32,696 nucleotides of DNA from Halocafeteria seosinensis (Eukaryota), in NCBI GenBank assembly GCA_001687465.1, contig LVLI01000159.1, forward strand, positions 1-32,696, written 5' to 3'. The notes below the pieces were generated by a model. That model did no database searches. It saw nothing but the letters and a program-made list of their open reading frames with translations, and was not told the DNA's origin. Of this stretch, positions 19,736-30,852 are shown piece after piece (position 1 is the first letter of the stretch; every line of letters starts with the position of its first letter). A program made the translations under genes and the position numbers.

Positions 19736-22700
19736 ATGGAGTCTGAGCTAGCTTCCCCTGCCAACGATGGCGATGGAAATGGGACAGATCAGCAGAAAAT
19801 GGAGCCACAAATGAAGGGTTGCTACGAGGAGGAGGAGACCTCCACGGGGGATGACGGCGAGTACACGATAGAGCACTTTTACGAGGACAATTCCGTTTCC
19901 GGGAACAGGGGAAAATCATGGAAAAATGTCACTGGACGGTACAATGGGTCCGGACAGGGAGCACCGGACGCGCAAATGAAGAAACAACTGTCTCCCACCC
20001 TGACCCAAGGCAAGAAATTCGTGTCCGAATTTGACCATAGAGGCATTGACCCGGACCATGAGTACTCTGGGAGCGTCCCAGAGGGTAGTGAGCCCACCTT
20101 CCTGGCCTCCCTGGGCCACCCCCAGGGCAGGGACGAAAATGGACAACGGAGACATAGTGCTGACCGCGCGGCTCGATACTTCCAAGAGTCCAATCTTGGT
20201 GGCCCTGGCGCCCAATATGAGGATAATGAGGGACCTATGGCCGAGTACGAAGCTTTCGGATACTCGATCAATGCCGCAGATCCCTCTGCGAAACATACCC
20301 CGCAAAAAGAAGGAGAAGGAGGACGGACGACATCCTCTCCCACGGGAAGAGGTGATGGTGAGAATGCAACTCCCCAGTTGCGGAATCAGAAATCGTCCCC
20401 TATATTACGTGTGGAACAACGAGCACAGGAAAAAGCAGAGTTGAAAAAAACTAAATCCGCTAATACCGTACGACAGGGTGATAGCCCCCGTGCTGGTAAC
20501 ACGTCTCTCAGGACGGGAACCAACCCTGCGATACAAGGCGCCGGGGGTAGGGACTTTGCTGAAAAAGTTATTCCTAACAGACAGGAGGCAGGACAAACTG
20601 ACCATATTCATGTTGAGAACAGCATCGACAAGCAGAATGGTGATACCAAGCAAAGTGGTCAGGAAGGACGGGTCTTTAGAGAAGAACCTCCTAGCAAGCA
20701 GGAAGTGGAGAAAAACCAGCGTACTCCTGTAGAGGACAACCTTGATAAGCGGACTTCTGAGAGCAATGTAAACAAGACCAAAATAACTGCAGAGGATGAC
20801 GGCCAAGGAGACACTACCCCGGAGGAGATCAGCTACCATGTATCTGCGCGCAACGATGATACAGAGTTAAGGCAGCGTGAGGACTCCCAAACCAAGGAAA
20901 ATAAGCCGCAACGTGATTCATTCTCCTCACTACTTTCAGACTCCAGTCAAGGCTCACGAGGAAAAGGTATTGTACCCACTCTCCGTGACTTCGGGAGTAG
21001 CAACTACAGTCCGCGTAACTCGAGAGGGAGAAGTCCTCGCAAATACGATCACGTGCAACCTAAGGTTCCTTCGAGGAAAGCAACCTATCGAAGCAGGAGT
21101 GCTTCTTCTGGCAGCCCTAGGGCCGCTAGTGTAAGTACTCCGCGGTCCGCTTCGAGAATTACAAAGGGTCAAGGCCGAAACATGAGTGGATTTTCTCAGT
21201 ATGGGAGTCCAAAAGGACGTCGGGCTAGTTTCGACCACATAAAGCATAGAGTCCCTTCGAGAAGAGCTAGTAGTCCGCGTCGTAATACGGGCCGTGGACG
21301 AAGCTCGTCTCTTTGCTCGATGCCCACAAGAAGACTGAGCTATGACTGGGTAGGCCATAAAGTTCCATCGAGGACCTCCAAATATGAACCTCCATCGCGG
21401 CCATCCGAACCTCGAAGGAATCCCGCCGAGGAAAGCCGAAAGCAAAAGCGACGGAGCAGTGTTGACTTCGCGTTCGGTCGAAATACGGTGTTCCGGCGTC
21501 TTTCCTTAACGAAGCGTAGCGGGTATTACTCGCAGTTGCCGGTGTCTGAGAGAACTGAGGATACTGCCGGTGGGACGAATTACGTCCACGGGCATTTAAT
21601 CGTTCCCACTAATCCTTCTGAGGCGTTGGAGGCCCTCTCGAATAGTATTGACTTTAAGGACATCTTTAGCGTTTACTCCGATAGGTTTTTGCGTCAGATT
21701 GGGGGACGAAAGTCATCACCGCTGCTCCAAACGCCTTCGGACACTGGAGGTGGAAGGAATTTGTGGAAGAACGCCACAGCAACCACCGACTGGTTGAGTC
21801 CTTCTCAGAGAAAGAAAAGGGCTGAAGCAATATCCCACAAGCCGTCTCCGTTTGGTCCGGGATTTAACCATTTTAATGATGCTGTGCGTAAGGCTGCCAA
21901 AGCATGGTCACCCCAGCAATTGCAAGAGATATCGGCAACGGAAATAAACTCCCCAGCAAGAGGGACTTTTCTTCAGGACTTAGTCGATAAAAGTTGGAAG
22001 CACAAGCCATCAAAGCTTTATAATTTTGTGCAACAGGAAATGAAATCTGGACTGGCACACTATCAAGATGCCTTGGGGGATATGCCACAAGAGGAGGGTA
22101 CGAAGACAGTAGAACTTGCACTAATTATATGTGGCCCCGGCTTCGGTCTGGAGTTCTGTGCTCCCCGGGCGAAGAGTGATGGCTCCAAGCGCAAAGGAGC
22201 TGTGCTATCGAAAATATCAAAGCTTTCTCCTCTTTACCAGGCTGTAAGACCCGGCTCTTGGATTGAACGCGTCAATGGAACCAGAGTGTCCTCGTTACCT
22301 TTTGACGAAGTATTGACGAAACTACGCTGGGTGGCCGCTACAGCCAGTGCCTCCAAGCCGCACACAATTTGCTTACGCGTAACAAAGGCGGAAAAACGGC
22401 AAGCTGAAGTACACCAAGTGCGAAACAACTACACCGAAGCTCTCAAAGTTTATCGGGATTCCATTGTCTGGGAGGAATTAAATCGTGATGTTATTTTGCA
22501 ACGTGGCAGGACGAAGGATAGCAATCAGGACACTGACTCTCGTCCGGGTTGGAACCCAACGTCGAAGATATGGAGCTTCAACCGCAAGTTTTGGGAAGTA
22601 GGAACCAAGGATAGAACTGGGAATTGTACAGGCTCAAAACTAGCGAATAGCACCTCTCTGGCGGTTACTCGTAAGAGCTCTCGAGACTCAGCAGCGACGA

Positions 22701-24283
22701 TGAAGCTATCGAAGGGTAACCTTGAATCATCAAGACTATCCGCGGGGCTTCATGATGTCACGGCGGCGTGGGATGATGTGTCGACCGCAGACGGTAGAGA
22801 CCACTCACGGAACGTGCAGCATGGAAAGTCTCCACAACTTTATGGGGTTTTTGAACCCCTAAGGTTGCCCACGCGAAAACGGGATATCAAAGCCAGCGTA
22901 TTAGCTTCCACAAACGGAGAGTATATTGATTTGCAGTGTTGCTCCGTCCCCATAGGTATTCGTCTACAAGGGAAATCGGGTACCGTGCATCATGTTATTA
23001 GCGATAGTCTCGCGGATGGTTTGGTATTCCCTGAGGACCAGTTGGTCCGTATTGGGTCAGTTGATTTGCGAGATAGTCTCGCCAGCGACATACCTGCGAT
23101 CCTGCAAGCAGCGTGTCAATATGAAAAGGAGGTGTCCAAAGATGCCCCTTTGCTTCTACGGTTTTGGAGATCCTTTGACTCCCCTCATTCAGTTCTGGCA
23201 TATGCGAGTGCTATTCAGTCATACCCAGGATGCTTTGAAGGTAAGACCGAAGCAGACGAGACTTGCTCGGAGTCAGGTAGACGACTGACAGTCGACTTCT
23301 ATGAAACTCCCCTGGGAATAATCGCAAGGAAAAACGTGATTGAGAAAGTGCAAAAGCATTCTCCAGCAGCGCATCATTTTCGCCCAGGTGACCGAATTGT
23401 TCAAGTTAACAGATATTATACAGAAAGTAACTTCCAAAACCGAGACAAAGCCATCAAGATAAAGCCCGTCCACATGCCATCCGCCCTCAAGCGGTTAGGT
23501 AAACAGCTAGCTATGGGAGATGAGGAGACATTAAAAGTCACTGTCCTGCGCGGGAGAGATGATCATTCTAAGGTGGAAGGGGGCGAGCTGAAGGAGGAAC
23601 AGCCCCGCGAGAGTGTACCGCAGAGTCGTATGCCTTTTGGGGGCTCGTCCAACAGGGGCGAGAACGGTCTTAAGCGCGCCGCCCTTCACACTGACTCTGA
23701 GGAATTACTTTCGGAAGCATCTTCGGGAGGAGCCGACGAAGACTATCAGCAAGCACAAGCCAATGAGAGCTTCGATAAGAGCTTTCAAACCGAAGACACG
23801 GACGATGTGTTTTGGACACATCCTACTGTAGTTCCTGATGTAATTATTTCTCCAGCGGAAGTTTCCGATGAGCAGCCAAGACAAGAGTTACGTCTGTCGG
23901 AAAGGCAATACTGCAAGGTTACTGAGATCCAAGTTCCATTCACACAGTTGCCTCTGGGCGTGACGTTTTCTGAGAGTGACGTCTGCTACGGCACAGACGA
24001 GCCTCATTTTTCGGAGTTGTACGACATTGATGGTCCCCTCCCTGGTATTTTTGTGCACGACATTTCCCGAGAGTCTCCCGCATTTGGCCACATAAAACCC
24101 GGAGCATTTCTGAAGAAGGTGAATGGAATTGACACGTCCAGATGTGGCCTTCAGCAATTCGCTGATATCCTCAAACTAAGCGAATGCAAGCCATCGGTCG
24201 AGTCACCGCTGGTGCTGTTCTTCTATCAGCTCCAGGAGAGTACTCCAGTAGAAGACCGGAGTTGCACGCCGCTACGTTCATAA
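19736..24283 (+). CDS. 1515-aa protein with a long disordered N-terminus and about four divergent PDZ domains
   Basis: Uninterrupted 4.5-kb ORF. PDZ-like patterns: GFGLEF...VRPGSWIERVNG...PFDEVLTKLR; PIGIRL...VFPEDQLVRIG; PLGII...FRPGDRIVQVN; PLGVTF...GIFVHDISRESPAFGHIKPGAFLKKVNG. Confidence 0.85.
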   Translation: MESELASPANDGDGNGTDQQKMEPQMKGCYEEEETSTGDDGEYTIEHFYEDNSVSGNRGKSWKNVTGRYNGSGQGAPDAQMKKQLSPTLTQGKKFVSEFDHRGIDPDHEYSGSVPEGSEPTFLASLGHPQGRDENGQRRHSADRAARYFQESNLGGPGAQYEDNEGPMAEYEAFGYSINAADPSAKHTPQKEGEGGRTTSSPTGRGDGENATPQLRNQKSSPILRVEQRAQEKAELKKTKSANTVRQGDSPRAGNTSLRTGTNPAIQGAGGRDFAEKVIPNRQEAGQTDHIHVENSIDKQNGDTKQSGQEGRVFREEPPSKQEVEKNQRTPVEDNLDKRTSESNVNKTKITAEDDGQGDTTPEEISYHVSARNDDTELRQREDSQTKENKPQRDSFSSLLSDSSQGSRGKGIVPTLRDFGSSNYSPRNSRGRSPRKYDHVQPKVPSRKATYRSRSASSGSPRAASVSTPRSASRITKGQGRNMSGFSQYGSPKGRRASFDHIKHRVPSRRASSPRRNTGRGRSSSLCSMPTRRLSYDWVGHKVPSRTSKYEPPSRPSEPRRNPAEESRKQKRRSSVDFAFGRNTVFRRLSLTKRSGYYSQLPVSERTEDTAGGTNYVHGHLIVPTNPSEALEALSNSIDFKDIFSVYSDRFLRQIGGRKSSPLLQTPSDTGGGRNLWKNATATTDWLSPSQRKKRAEAISHKPSPFGPGFNHFNDAVRKAAKAWSPQQLQEISATEINSPARGTFLQDLVDKSWKHKPSKLYNFVQQEMKSGLAHYQDALGDMPQEEGTKTVELALIICGPGFGLEFCAPRAKSDGSKRKGAVLSKISKLSPLYQAVRPGSWIERVNGTRVSSLPFDEVLTKLRWVAATASASKPHTICLRVTKAEKRQAEVHQVRNNYTEALKVYRDSIVWEELNRDVILQRGRTKDSNQDTDSRPGWNPTSKIWSFNRKFWEVGTKDRTGNCTGSKLANSTSLAVTRKSSRDSAATMKLSKGNLESSRLSAGLHDVTAAWDDVSTADGRDHSRNVQHGKSPQLYGVFEPLRLPTRKRDIKASVLASTNGEYIDLQCCSVPIGIRLQGKSGTVHHVISDSLADGLVFPEDQLVRIGSVDLRDSLASDIPAILQAACQYEKEVSKDAPLLLRFWRSFDSPHSVLAYASAIQSYPGCFEGKTEADETCSESGRRLTVDFYETPLGIIARKNVIEKVQKHSPAAHHFRPGDRIVQVNRYYTESNFQNRDKAIKIKPVHMPSALKRLGKQLAMGDEETLKVTVLRGRDDHSKVEGGELKEEQPRESVPQSRMPFGGSSNRGENGLKRAALHTDSEELLSEASSGGADEDYQQAQANESFDKSFQTEDTDDVFWTHPTVVPDVIISPAEVSDEQPRQELRLSERQYCKVTEIQVPFTQLPLGVTFSESDVCYGTDEPHFSELYDIDGPLPGIFVHDISRESPAFGHIKPGAFLKKVNGIDTSRCGLQQFADILKLSECKPSVESPLVLFFYQLQESTPVEDRSCTPLRS

Positions 24284-24341
24284 ATGCGTTGTTGCGTCCC
24301 TGGAATGTAGGATAACCAGAAAGTTGTGCTCTCAGTTCACC

Positions 24342-26536
24342 TCAACTTGATGAATACATCGATAAAAGAATCAAAAGCCTGGTAATTGCACTCTGAAAGT
24401 CTTCCGATCTTAAGCCCCATCGCACGTATTGATACAAGTATGCACCGGACTGCAGTAACACCCAAGAACGGTTAACGCATTCTTCCAAAGTGGGGATACA
24501 TGCCCGGCAGTTTGACAGGATAGTAGCAGTACGATGGGGAGCATTCGATCCTTTCGCAGGTTCCCAACCGTAAAACGTAGGCGACTCGTGTGCACCAGCA
24601 GTTAGCAGGCTTTTGTCGAAATGGGACCGGGCCTCCTCAACCAATGCAGTAGATTCTGCTCCTTCTCCACGAAAAAAGACTTGCAGGGTAAATGCCGCAT
24701 TGTGTGAGGACGGATCTTGTCTGTTGAATCCTTCCTCAGTACTAGACGAGGCCAGCTGCATGTGTTTGAGACGTTTGCAAAGAGCAGTCCAACTGTATGA
24801 GTTAAATTCTTCTGTTGAAGGAGCTATTTGAGGCACAGAGCGAATGTGAAACAGATTGAATAGAGCCCCATTATACCTGTTTTTAACTAGCATTCTATCC
24901 ATTACCGTGGATAACGATTCAGTCCCTTTGATTTCTTTCTCCAATGCATTTAAGAATTTCCGGGATCTTCGCTGAACTTGGTGTTCCGCATCTTGTGGCT
25001 CATCCAAAACAGTCGGAAGTGCGTTCGTCTTCAGAAACTGTAAGTCTGAGGACCGGATAGTGTTCGACTCACTTGTTCGCGGAACGCTCCCAAAACATTT
25101 TTCCTCCAATTTTAGCCGCAATTCCAATAGAGGGTCAGTTGCAGGCTTATCCAATTTTTGTTCCTGAGATACTTCAATATTCGTAGAGGGTAGTACCACA
25201 GGACTAAGGGATTTCGCAAGAACCATATTTAGTTCCTCGACAACGGGGGACGAAATACCCCACAAGTTGGAACAAATCTTAAATAAGCTGTCATTGGAGA
25301 ACATGAAAACACTGTTTGAGATCTGCAGCACGAGACACAAAACGACTCTTTTGTTGACATCCTGGCAACACACCAGAAGTGACTTACTTCCGCCAGGATG
25401 GCGAGAGTCAAAAGGCAATTGAAATGTTGCACAACAACCTCCCCACTGCGATAAGGCCACACTACAGCATTCCATAATGGTATGTCAGGGAACTCCTCCT
25501 TCAGCGTCCGCGTTAAATAGGTTCCAAGCCCTGAGCCTGTGCCACCCCCGAGACTGTGCACAATTAGCAATCCGTCACACTTGTCACATAAGGCCATTTC
25601 CTGAATAGGTAAGCGAGTTCAAATTATAGTATGGAGACATCCAATTTTATAGATTCCCGGAAATGCTTTACTCACTCTCTTCACGGCTCGAACGACTTCC
25701 TCCCGACAAGCGGGGCCGTGGGAGCTGTAGCCATAGGCCCAGTTATTAGCAGATCCACTTTGACGCTGGATACAGCGTCTTTCGTCATATCTCCACGGGT
25801 GACGTCGAGCCTTGTTTTTTATGGCGCGACCACTTTGATCGTACCCTGCTTGCGCAACGCACGACCTGAGCACTTTAGGTTCCATGTCCACAAGAACTGC
25901 GCGCGCTGTCAATCTCATTGTATTGGTACCCATATCATCCATTTCAAAGACCGACTGTGTTGGCGCATGCTTTCCTGGTATTTCCCGGGTTGGAGCGGGG
26001 GGACTTCGCGCAGCCTTGGGCTGAGGTACAGTGGAAGTGTTGGAAGTCGTGGAGACCGCATTGGACGACCTGTGTTTGGGAGCCCTGGAAGCACGTGATT
26101 TCGCAGGCTGCTGCTTCGCACGAGCGGCTTTCGTCAGTTTTGACGCAACGGAGGAAGACGAAGAGGAAGCAGCGCCCATCAGGGCGCCAACACTTTGACT
26201 TCCTGAAGTAGTCCCACAAGACGATTCCTGCTTCGCCGATTCCGCAACAGGTCCAGGGTATAACAAGGACGCATGCACATGTTTGGTCGAACAAGTCTCT
26301 TGACCCCCTGCTGCATCGTTTTTGGCTCGGTCCATTGTCGAGGATACACCGGCTTTCCTGGTGGAATGACCGCGTTTTGACGGTGAAATGGCTCCGGAAC
26401 GGCGAAAAAACCTGTTGAGAGCGATGCGTTGGCGTACCGGGCCGTATTTTTGGGACTCCTTAAAGAGCTCCTGGAACAATGCCAGGCCCACCTGGTTCCC
26501 ACATTGCCCCACTTGGACAACAATTACGTTATCCAT
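24342..26536 (-). CDS. TUBD1: Delta-tubulin with two large insertions, ~684 aa, 3 exons (26536-25676, 25600-25388, 25322-24342)
   Basis: VQVGQCGNQVG, ARAVLVDMEPKV, QSGSANNWAYGY, HSLGGGTGSGLG, VWPYRSGEVVVQHFN, SWTALCKRL, GAYLYQYVRWGL. Introns 25601-25675 (GTGAGT) and 25323-25387 (GTAAGT) are both phase 0. Confidence 0.92.
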
Positions 26537-27101
26537 GGTGCCCTTTTTTCCAGCCTTACTCGAAAATAGAGACAAAATACCTCATTCGACGCCCATAATG
26601 CGCTCAGCACTCCAATTTGAATTGCAAACTTCAACAAGACAAACATATCATTCACTTAGTAGGACTCAGGAATCGGAACGTGCACACTACGTCAAGTTCG
26701 ACGAAATGTGCAATTTGTTGGCACGTTTCGCCGCGAAGTGCTTTCGAAAAAACTGTGTATAGATAACTGGATGGGTCTCAAGTTGGTGAATTCAATTTAA
26801 GCTGGACAATACCGGTAGCATGTTCCATGACATAGGAAGTACCTGTGTGATAGTCCTTCTACGGTGGGGAAATAAAACGATTTGTATTGTACATCCGAAT
26901 CAGTGAAGTATTGTGTCAACACTGACATTCCAAACATTTCCCAATGAAGATCAGTGAGCTTGCCCACTGGAAGTAACAAACGCGCAGCACGATTCGATTG
27001 CTTCGCTGTTTAGCACTTTAAAGTTTGTAGTCGGGTGGACGCTCTCAATTTTCTCAGGTGAGACGGCGTCCGACTTTCTCTTTACTCCCATCGATAGACT
27101 G

Positions 27102-27497
27102 TCAGCTTTCGCAGCGTTGACACAATTTGGGCAAGTAGATTAAGTGACCAGTTGACGGTCTGTTGGCAAGCTGGCTGTAGGAGTTGTTGTAGATGACGAA
27201 GTTGTAGTGGAGGTTCCAGTTGCAGTACGTGTTATGCTCGGAGTGGCGATTGGTGGTAGGGGTTCCCGTAGGAGGCATGCTAGGGCAAATGACTGAAGGA
27301 AACTTCAGCATGTGTGCGTATCGAACATAAGCAGCAGGGGCATCGACGTCCACGAAAAAAGTAAGGATCCGAAGGTCGTGCCTTTCTTGTCGCTCATCGG
27401 TCCCGCCAAACTGTCCTGAACAAGGTCCGTCAACTATTCTTGTATCGCTTCCGCAAGTTACAAATTTAGTGTTTTCCCCCTTGACTTCCATAGTCAT
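27102..27497 (-). pseudogene. Decayed paralogue of the CBM-like/mucin-stalk surface protein family
   Basis: IVDGPCSG and YVRYAHMLKFPSVICP match IVEYPCSG and EIRYAHLLMIPSGVCP of 28232-29404. After a frameshift the sequence reads ATPSITRTATGTSTTTSSSTTTPTAS and later LNLLAQI (compare LNLPAQV). Confidence 0.75.
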
Positions 27498-27659
27498 ACT
27501 GCTCCTTACGGAACCTAGCGTAGCATGTTAGAGTACATGTACATCATAATGTACAAGAAATGCCTCCGGTGCCCGCTGCTGCAGCAAGGCACTGTATGCT
27601 GTGTTCTGAGTCACTTTTGACTTGCATCTCCCAGTACGGCCTAGTATCGTGCATCTTCA

Positions 27660-28110
27660 CCAGTCAGGGGCAATGGGCTGGTACTGCGTGCTTCGCTCGG
27701 AATATTGGCAGCCTACTGAAGTGTTTTTGAGACTAAACTTTGCAAGCTAACACACCGATGTCCCTCTAGAACCGTTTAGACTTTCCGGGTGCTCCTTCAT
27801 CAAATCCACCGTGGAGAGTTGACCTAGTACCGTAGCAAGTATGGTCCGCCACGAGCCGGTGTGGGACTTGGAAGCGACTGTCGGAGTGCAATTCGTGCTA
27901 GAAGTTGGCATTGCGGATAAACTCGAACTTTCTGTTGGAGATATAGAAACTGATACCTCACTCGAAGTTGATGTACTGTTTGAGCTTCCTGAAGGAGTTG
28001 CAGTCCCGCTCGGTATAGGTGAACTCAGTGAAGTTGCACTACGATAGAACTTGACACTAGTAACAAGAGATAAGACCACGCTAACGGTAGAAGCATCAAT
28101 TCCAAGACCT
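27660..28110 (-). pseudogene. Ser/Thr-rich stalk and domain remnants of the same family (or unrecognised downstream exons of 28232-29404)
   Basis: ORF 27747-28079 has PIPSGTATPSGSSNSTSTSS. SPLPLTGE near 27660-27680 resembles TPLPTTGD; 27687-27712 matches 31221-31246 at 22/26 nt. Confidence 0.5.
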
Positions 28111-28231
28111 CGACAGAAGAGAGTGGGCTAACAGTAAATCCTTTAGCTGTACAGGCTTTCAGCCCTGTTCCAGAATGAAGCAGTTCCAAGCAGATACGGA
28201 AACGCTATACCTAGCGAATATTTTGGCATGA

Positions 28232-29404
28232 TCAGCCTGAAGCGTTCTCTCGATCGGGATTTGACGACTGCCTGTTCCTCTTTGATTGAACTGAGCGCTT
28301 TACGAATTGAACTGGAAGGTGTACAAGGGAAGCCGCTGAGGGAGCCGTGGGGGAACGGTCCTTTGCAGTAGGCGCTGCAGCTGCTGTGGAAATCGTGTTT
28401 CCTGAGTAGGTGGGACTCTGCACACCACTCGGCATCGGAACGTTCGAAGAGGTAGAACTAGCCAAAGAAGAACTTATTGTAGGTGATACGCTTGCAGTAG
28501 GTGCAATACTGAGGTTTGTGATAGGCAACGACGATCCAGTATGTGTCGGAGCGCCTACTGCAGCTGCCATGGAAGTTGCGTTTCCTGAGCCGAGAGTCGG
28601 AACTTTCGAAGAGGTAGAACTAGCCACAGCAGAACTTATTGTAGGTGATGCGCTTGCAATAGGAGGAATATTGAGGCTTGTGGTAGGCAACGAGGTTCCA
28701 GTATGTGTTGGAGCAAAAGTTGAGCTTCCACTTGTTGTTCCTGTTGCAGTGGAGGTGCGAGTTGGAGTTGCAGTTTGCCCTGGAATAGGACACACGCCTG
28801 ATGGGATCATCAACAAGTGCGCATATCGAATTTCCAAACTGGAAATGTCGCCACTTCCACCCTCACCTACTTCAATTATTACGGGAATCATTGTTGGCTT
28901 AGTAACGTCAGCCTCCACGGCACACTGGAGCAGAAACCAGTCGCCAGTGGTAGGAAGAGGCGTCTCGCCGGAACTCCATCGAGTACAAGATGAAGTATCG
29001 AACACTCGTGAACTATCTAGGCAAACGATGATCCCGTTGCCACGGACTTCATATGTAAACACATAGAGACCACTGCAAGGATATTCGACAATTTGGTACA
29101 AAGAGGCCCCACTCTGCACAACAACACCATTGTCTGAGGTAGTAACATCAGCCCTTGAAGACTCTGTCCAAGCGTCCAGGCCTTGACTGAAATTACCATC
29201 CTTCAAAAGGTTGTTTTCCTCTGTTAAGCATGCACTGCCGTTCAGCTTTTCCATCCCCATACCACAGTTCGGCCCCTCGATGGACACGCCAGCACAAGTG
29301 GATGTCCCAGAAGCCGGTTTCACCACGAATATGCAGCTTACAGCTGCAACGACAACGATAGCAAGAACATACTGTTGGCAGCTTTTAATGTTCTGTCCGA
29401 ACAT
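28232..29404 (-). CDS. Secreted/cell-surface protein: signal peptide, Cys-containing CBM4/9-like (galactose-binding-like) domain, Ser/Thr/Pro mucin-like stalk, 390 aa
   Basis: ATG 29404; hydrophobic YVLAIVVVAAVSCIFVV; NNLLKDGNFSQGLDAW resembles the NL.NG.F..G...W start of CBM4/9-type domains; then ~170 aa of S/T/P/A-rich sequence. Confidence 0.75.
   Translation of the reverse strand: MFGQNIKSCQQYVLAIVVVAAVSCIFVVKPASGTSTCAGVSIEGPNCGMGMEKLNGSACLTEENNLLKDGNFSQGLDAWTESSRADVTTSDNGVVVQSGASLYQIVEYPCSGLYVFTYEVRGNGIIVCLDSSRVFDTSSCTRWSSGETPLPTTGDWFLLQCAVEADVTKPTMIPVIIEVGEGGSGDISSLEIRYAHLLMIPSGVCPIPGQTATPTRTSTATGTTSGSSTFAPTHTGTSLPTTSLNIPPIASASPTISSAVASSTSSKVPTLGSGNATSMAAAVGAPTHTGSSLPITNLSIAPTASVSPTISSSLASSTSSNVPMPSGVQSPTYSGNTISTAAAAPTAKDRSPTAPSAASLVHLPVQFVKRSVQSKRNRQSSNPDRENASG
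28435..28713 (-). repeat. 162-nt (54-aa) tandem duplication in the mucin-like stalk
   Basis: TTCGAAGAGGTAGAACTAGCCA at 28443 and 28605; PTHTGTSLPTTSLNIPPIASASPTISSAVASSTSS versus PTHTGSSLPITNLSIAPTASVSPTISSSLASSTSS. Confidence 0.9.
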
Positions 29405-30654
29405 CGTAAACACTGTGTAACGCTAGTTTGAGGATAATACTACCCACTACACCCTTGCGAAAATGCCGCTCCACTGCAGACACACCCTCTGCCGAGCCTG
29501 CACAACCTATTTCAGAGCCATACCACCGGCCTGATTGTATGCTGATGTGATACCGAAGCAACACACCATGAACGAAGTAGCTGGGTTTATCAATACACAG
29601 GGATTTACCACTCTATATACTGCGTGTGTTCTTGCGGTCGTAAACTCCGGCGCTGGGATCTCAGGAATCCCATGTCGGAATAACAAATATTCGGGATATC
29701 CGGTAATGGTGGATGCCATTTAGTACAGTGTACTGTACTAGTTCTTCCATACGTCGTCTCATTTTATACAGCGGAGATTTACCGTCCCTGTATATTGTAC
29801 AAGTTGGATACATGTGGATGGATGGATGGATGGTCTTGCTACTACCCCCGTGGGATCTGTCAGGGTGAGCTACGGAAAGGAAGTGGGCGTACCGTTAGCG
29901 GAAGCATCGTACTGTCCTATGTTACTCAATAGGTTACATAAATAGAGAACCCATTCGGTAATTAGCCCTTGTCACCGGCGACTTCTGTTCTATCGACCAA
30001 ATCTTGGCCAAGCCTACTGTACTGTACAACGGTCATAGCTGTGGGACCGATGCAAGAATGTAGTCGGTAAGCCTTGTCCTAAGACGTCTTGGATTCCAAA
30101 AATGTGGTACTACCACCGTCTAACTTATACTCCTAATCGAATGCAGCATTTTCGTAGTTGTGCTGTCAGATTTTGAAGACAAGTGAAGGCAAACTTCACT
30201 AGCAGAACGCGCTGCGGTTCCCATGGAAGCTGTATTTTCCGAACTGGACTTTGCTACCGCTAGGCACACACATATTAGGCGTTGTAACATTCCATGTACT
30301 TGAAGTACAATTCCCCGAGTGGAGTCCACAGTATCGGTGTTCAGGTAACAGCCACGAATGAGTGCTCGCCCCTGGCACCCATGCCTTGACACACACACAA
30401 ATGTGACCGATAGCCCACCGGCCGGGAAATTGACCGCATCCTCTTAACGAGGAGCGGTATGCGCCTGTGTTAAGCAGCGACGGGCCCGCTGTTCCTGCAG
30501 CCTTGCTGACATGCACCGTTAGGGAACACAGCACTGGTTAAGCTCAGGTGCCTGCGCCCACAATGTCAGAGGTACCGACAAGGCTCAGTCTGGCAGGAGA
30601 AGACCCTGAGCCTGCCACAGCGGCGCCAACGCCAAGACCGGTTGCAGCAACGCA

Positions 30655-30852
30655 GCCTGACTGAAGATGCAATTGCTTGAAAGGTTGTTCTCCTCGGTTA
30701 AACATGTGCTTCCGGAGATTCCTTCAATACCGCAATTGAGAGACACGCCATGGTAGTGCGCTGTTTAGAAGCAGCTATCGCCCTGCAGCTTACAGCTGTA
30801 TACCAATAACAATAAAATAATAATTGCGGGATCTCAGCCTTTTCCGAGACAT
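30655..30852 (-). pseudogene. Frameshifted 5' fragment of a further paralogue of the CBM-like surface protein
   Basis: Reads GVSLNCGIEGISGSTCLTEENNLSSNCIFSQ (compare GVSIEGPNCG...GSACLTEENNLLKDGNFSQ). TGCAGCTTACAGCTG is identical at 29332 and 30784; 30680-30706 matches 29206-29232 at 24/27. The frame from ATG 30852 stops after 20 codons. Confidence 0.8.

Noticed and set aside
29815..29833. (TGGA)n microsatellite
   Set aside because: Fewer than five units; ordinary.
30199..30534. Cys-rich 111-aa minus-strand ORF downstream of the 30655-30852 relic
   Set aside because: No ATG start and no convincing match to the family motifs; may be decayed sequence but unsupported.
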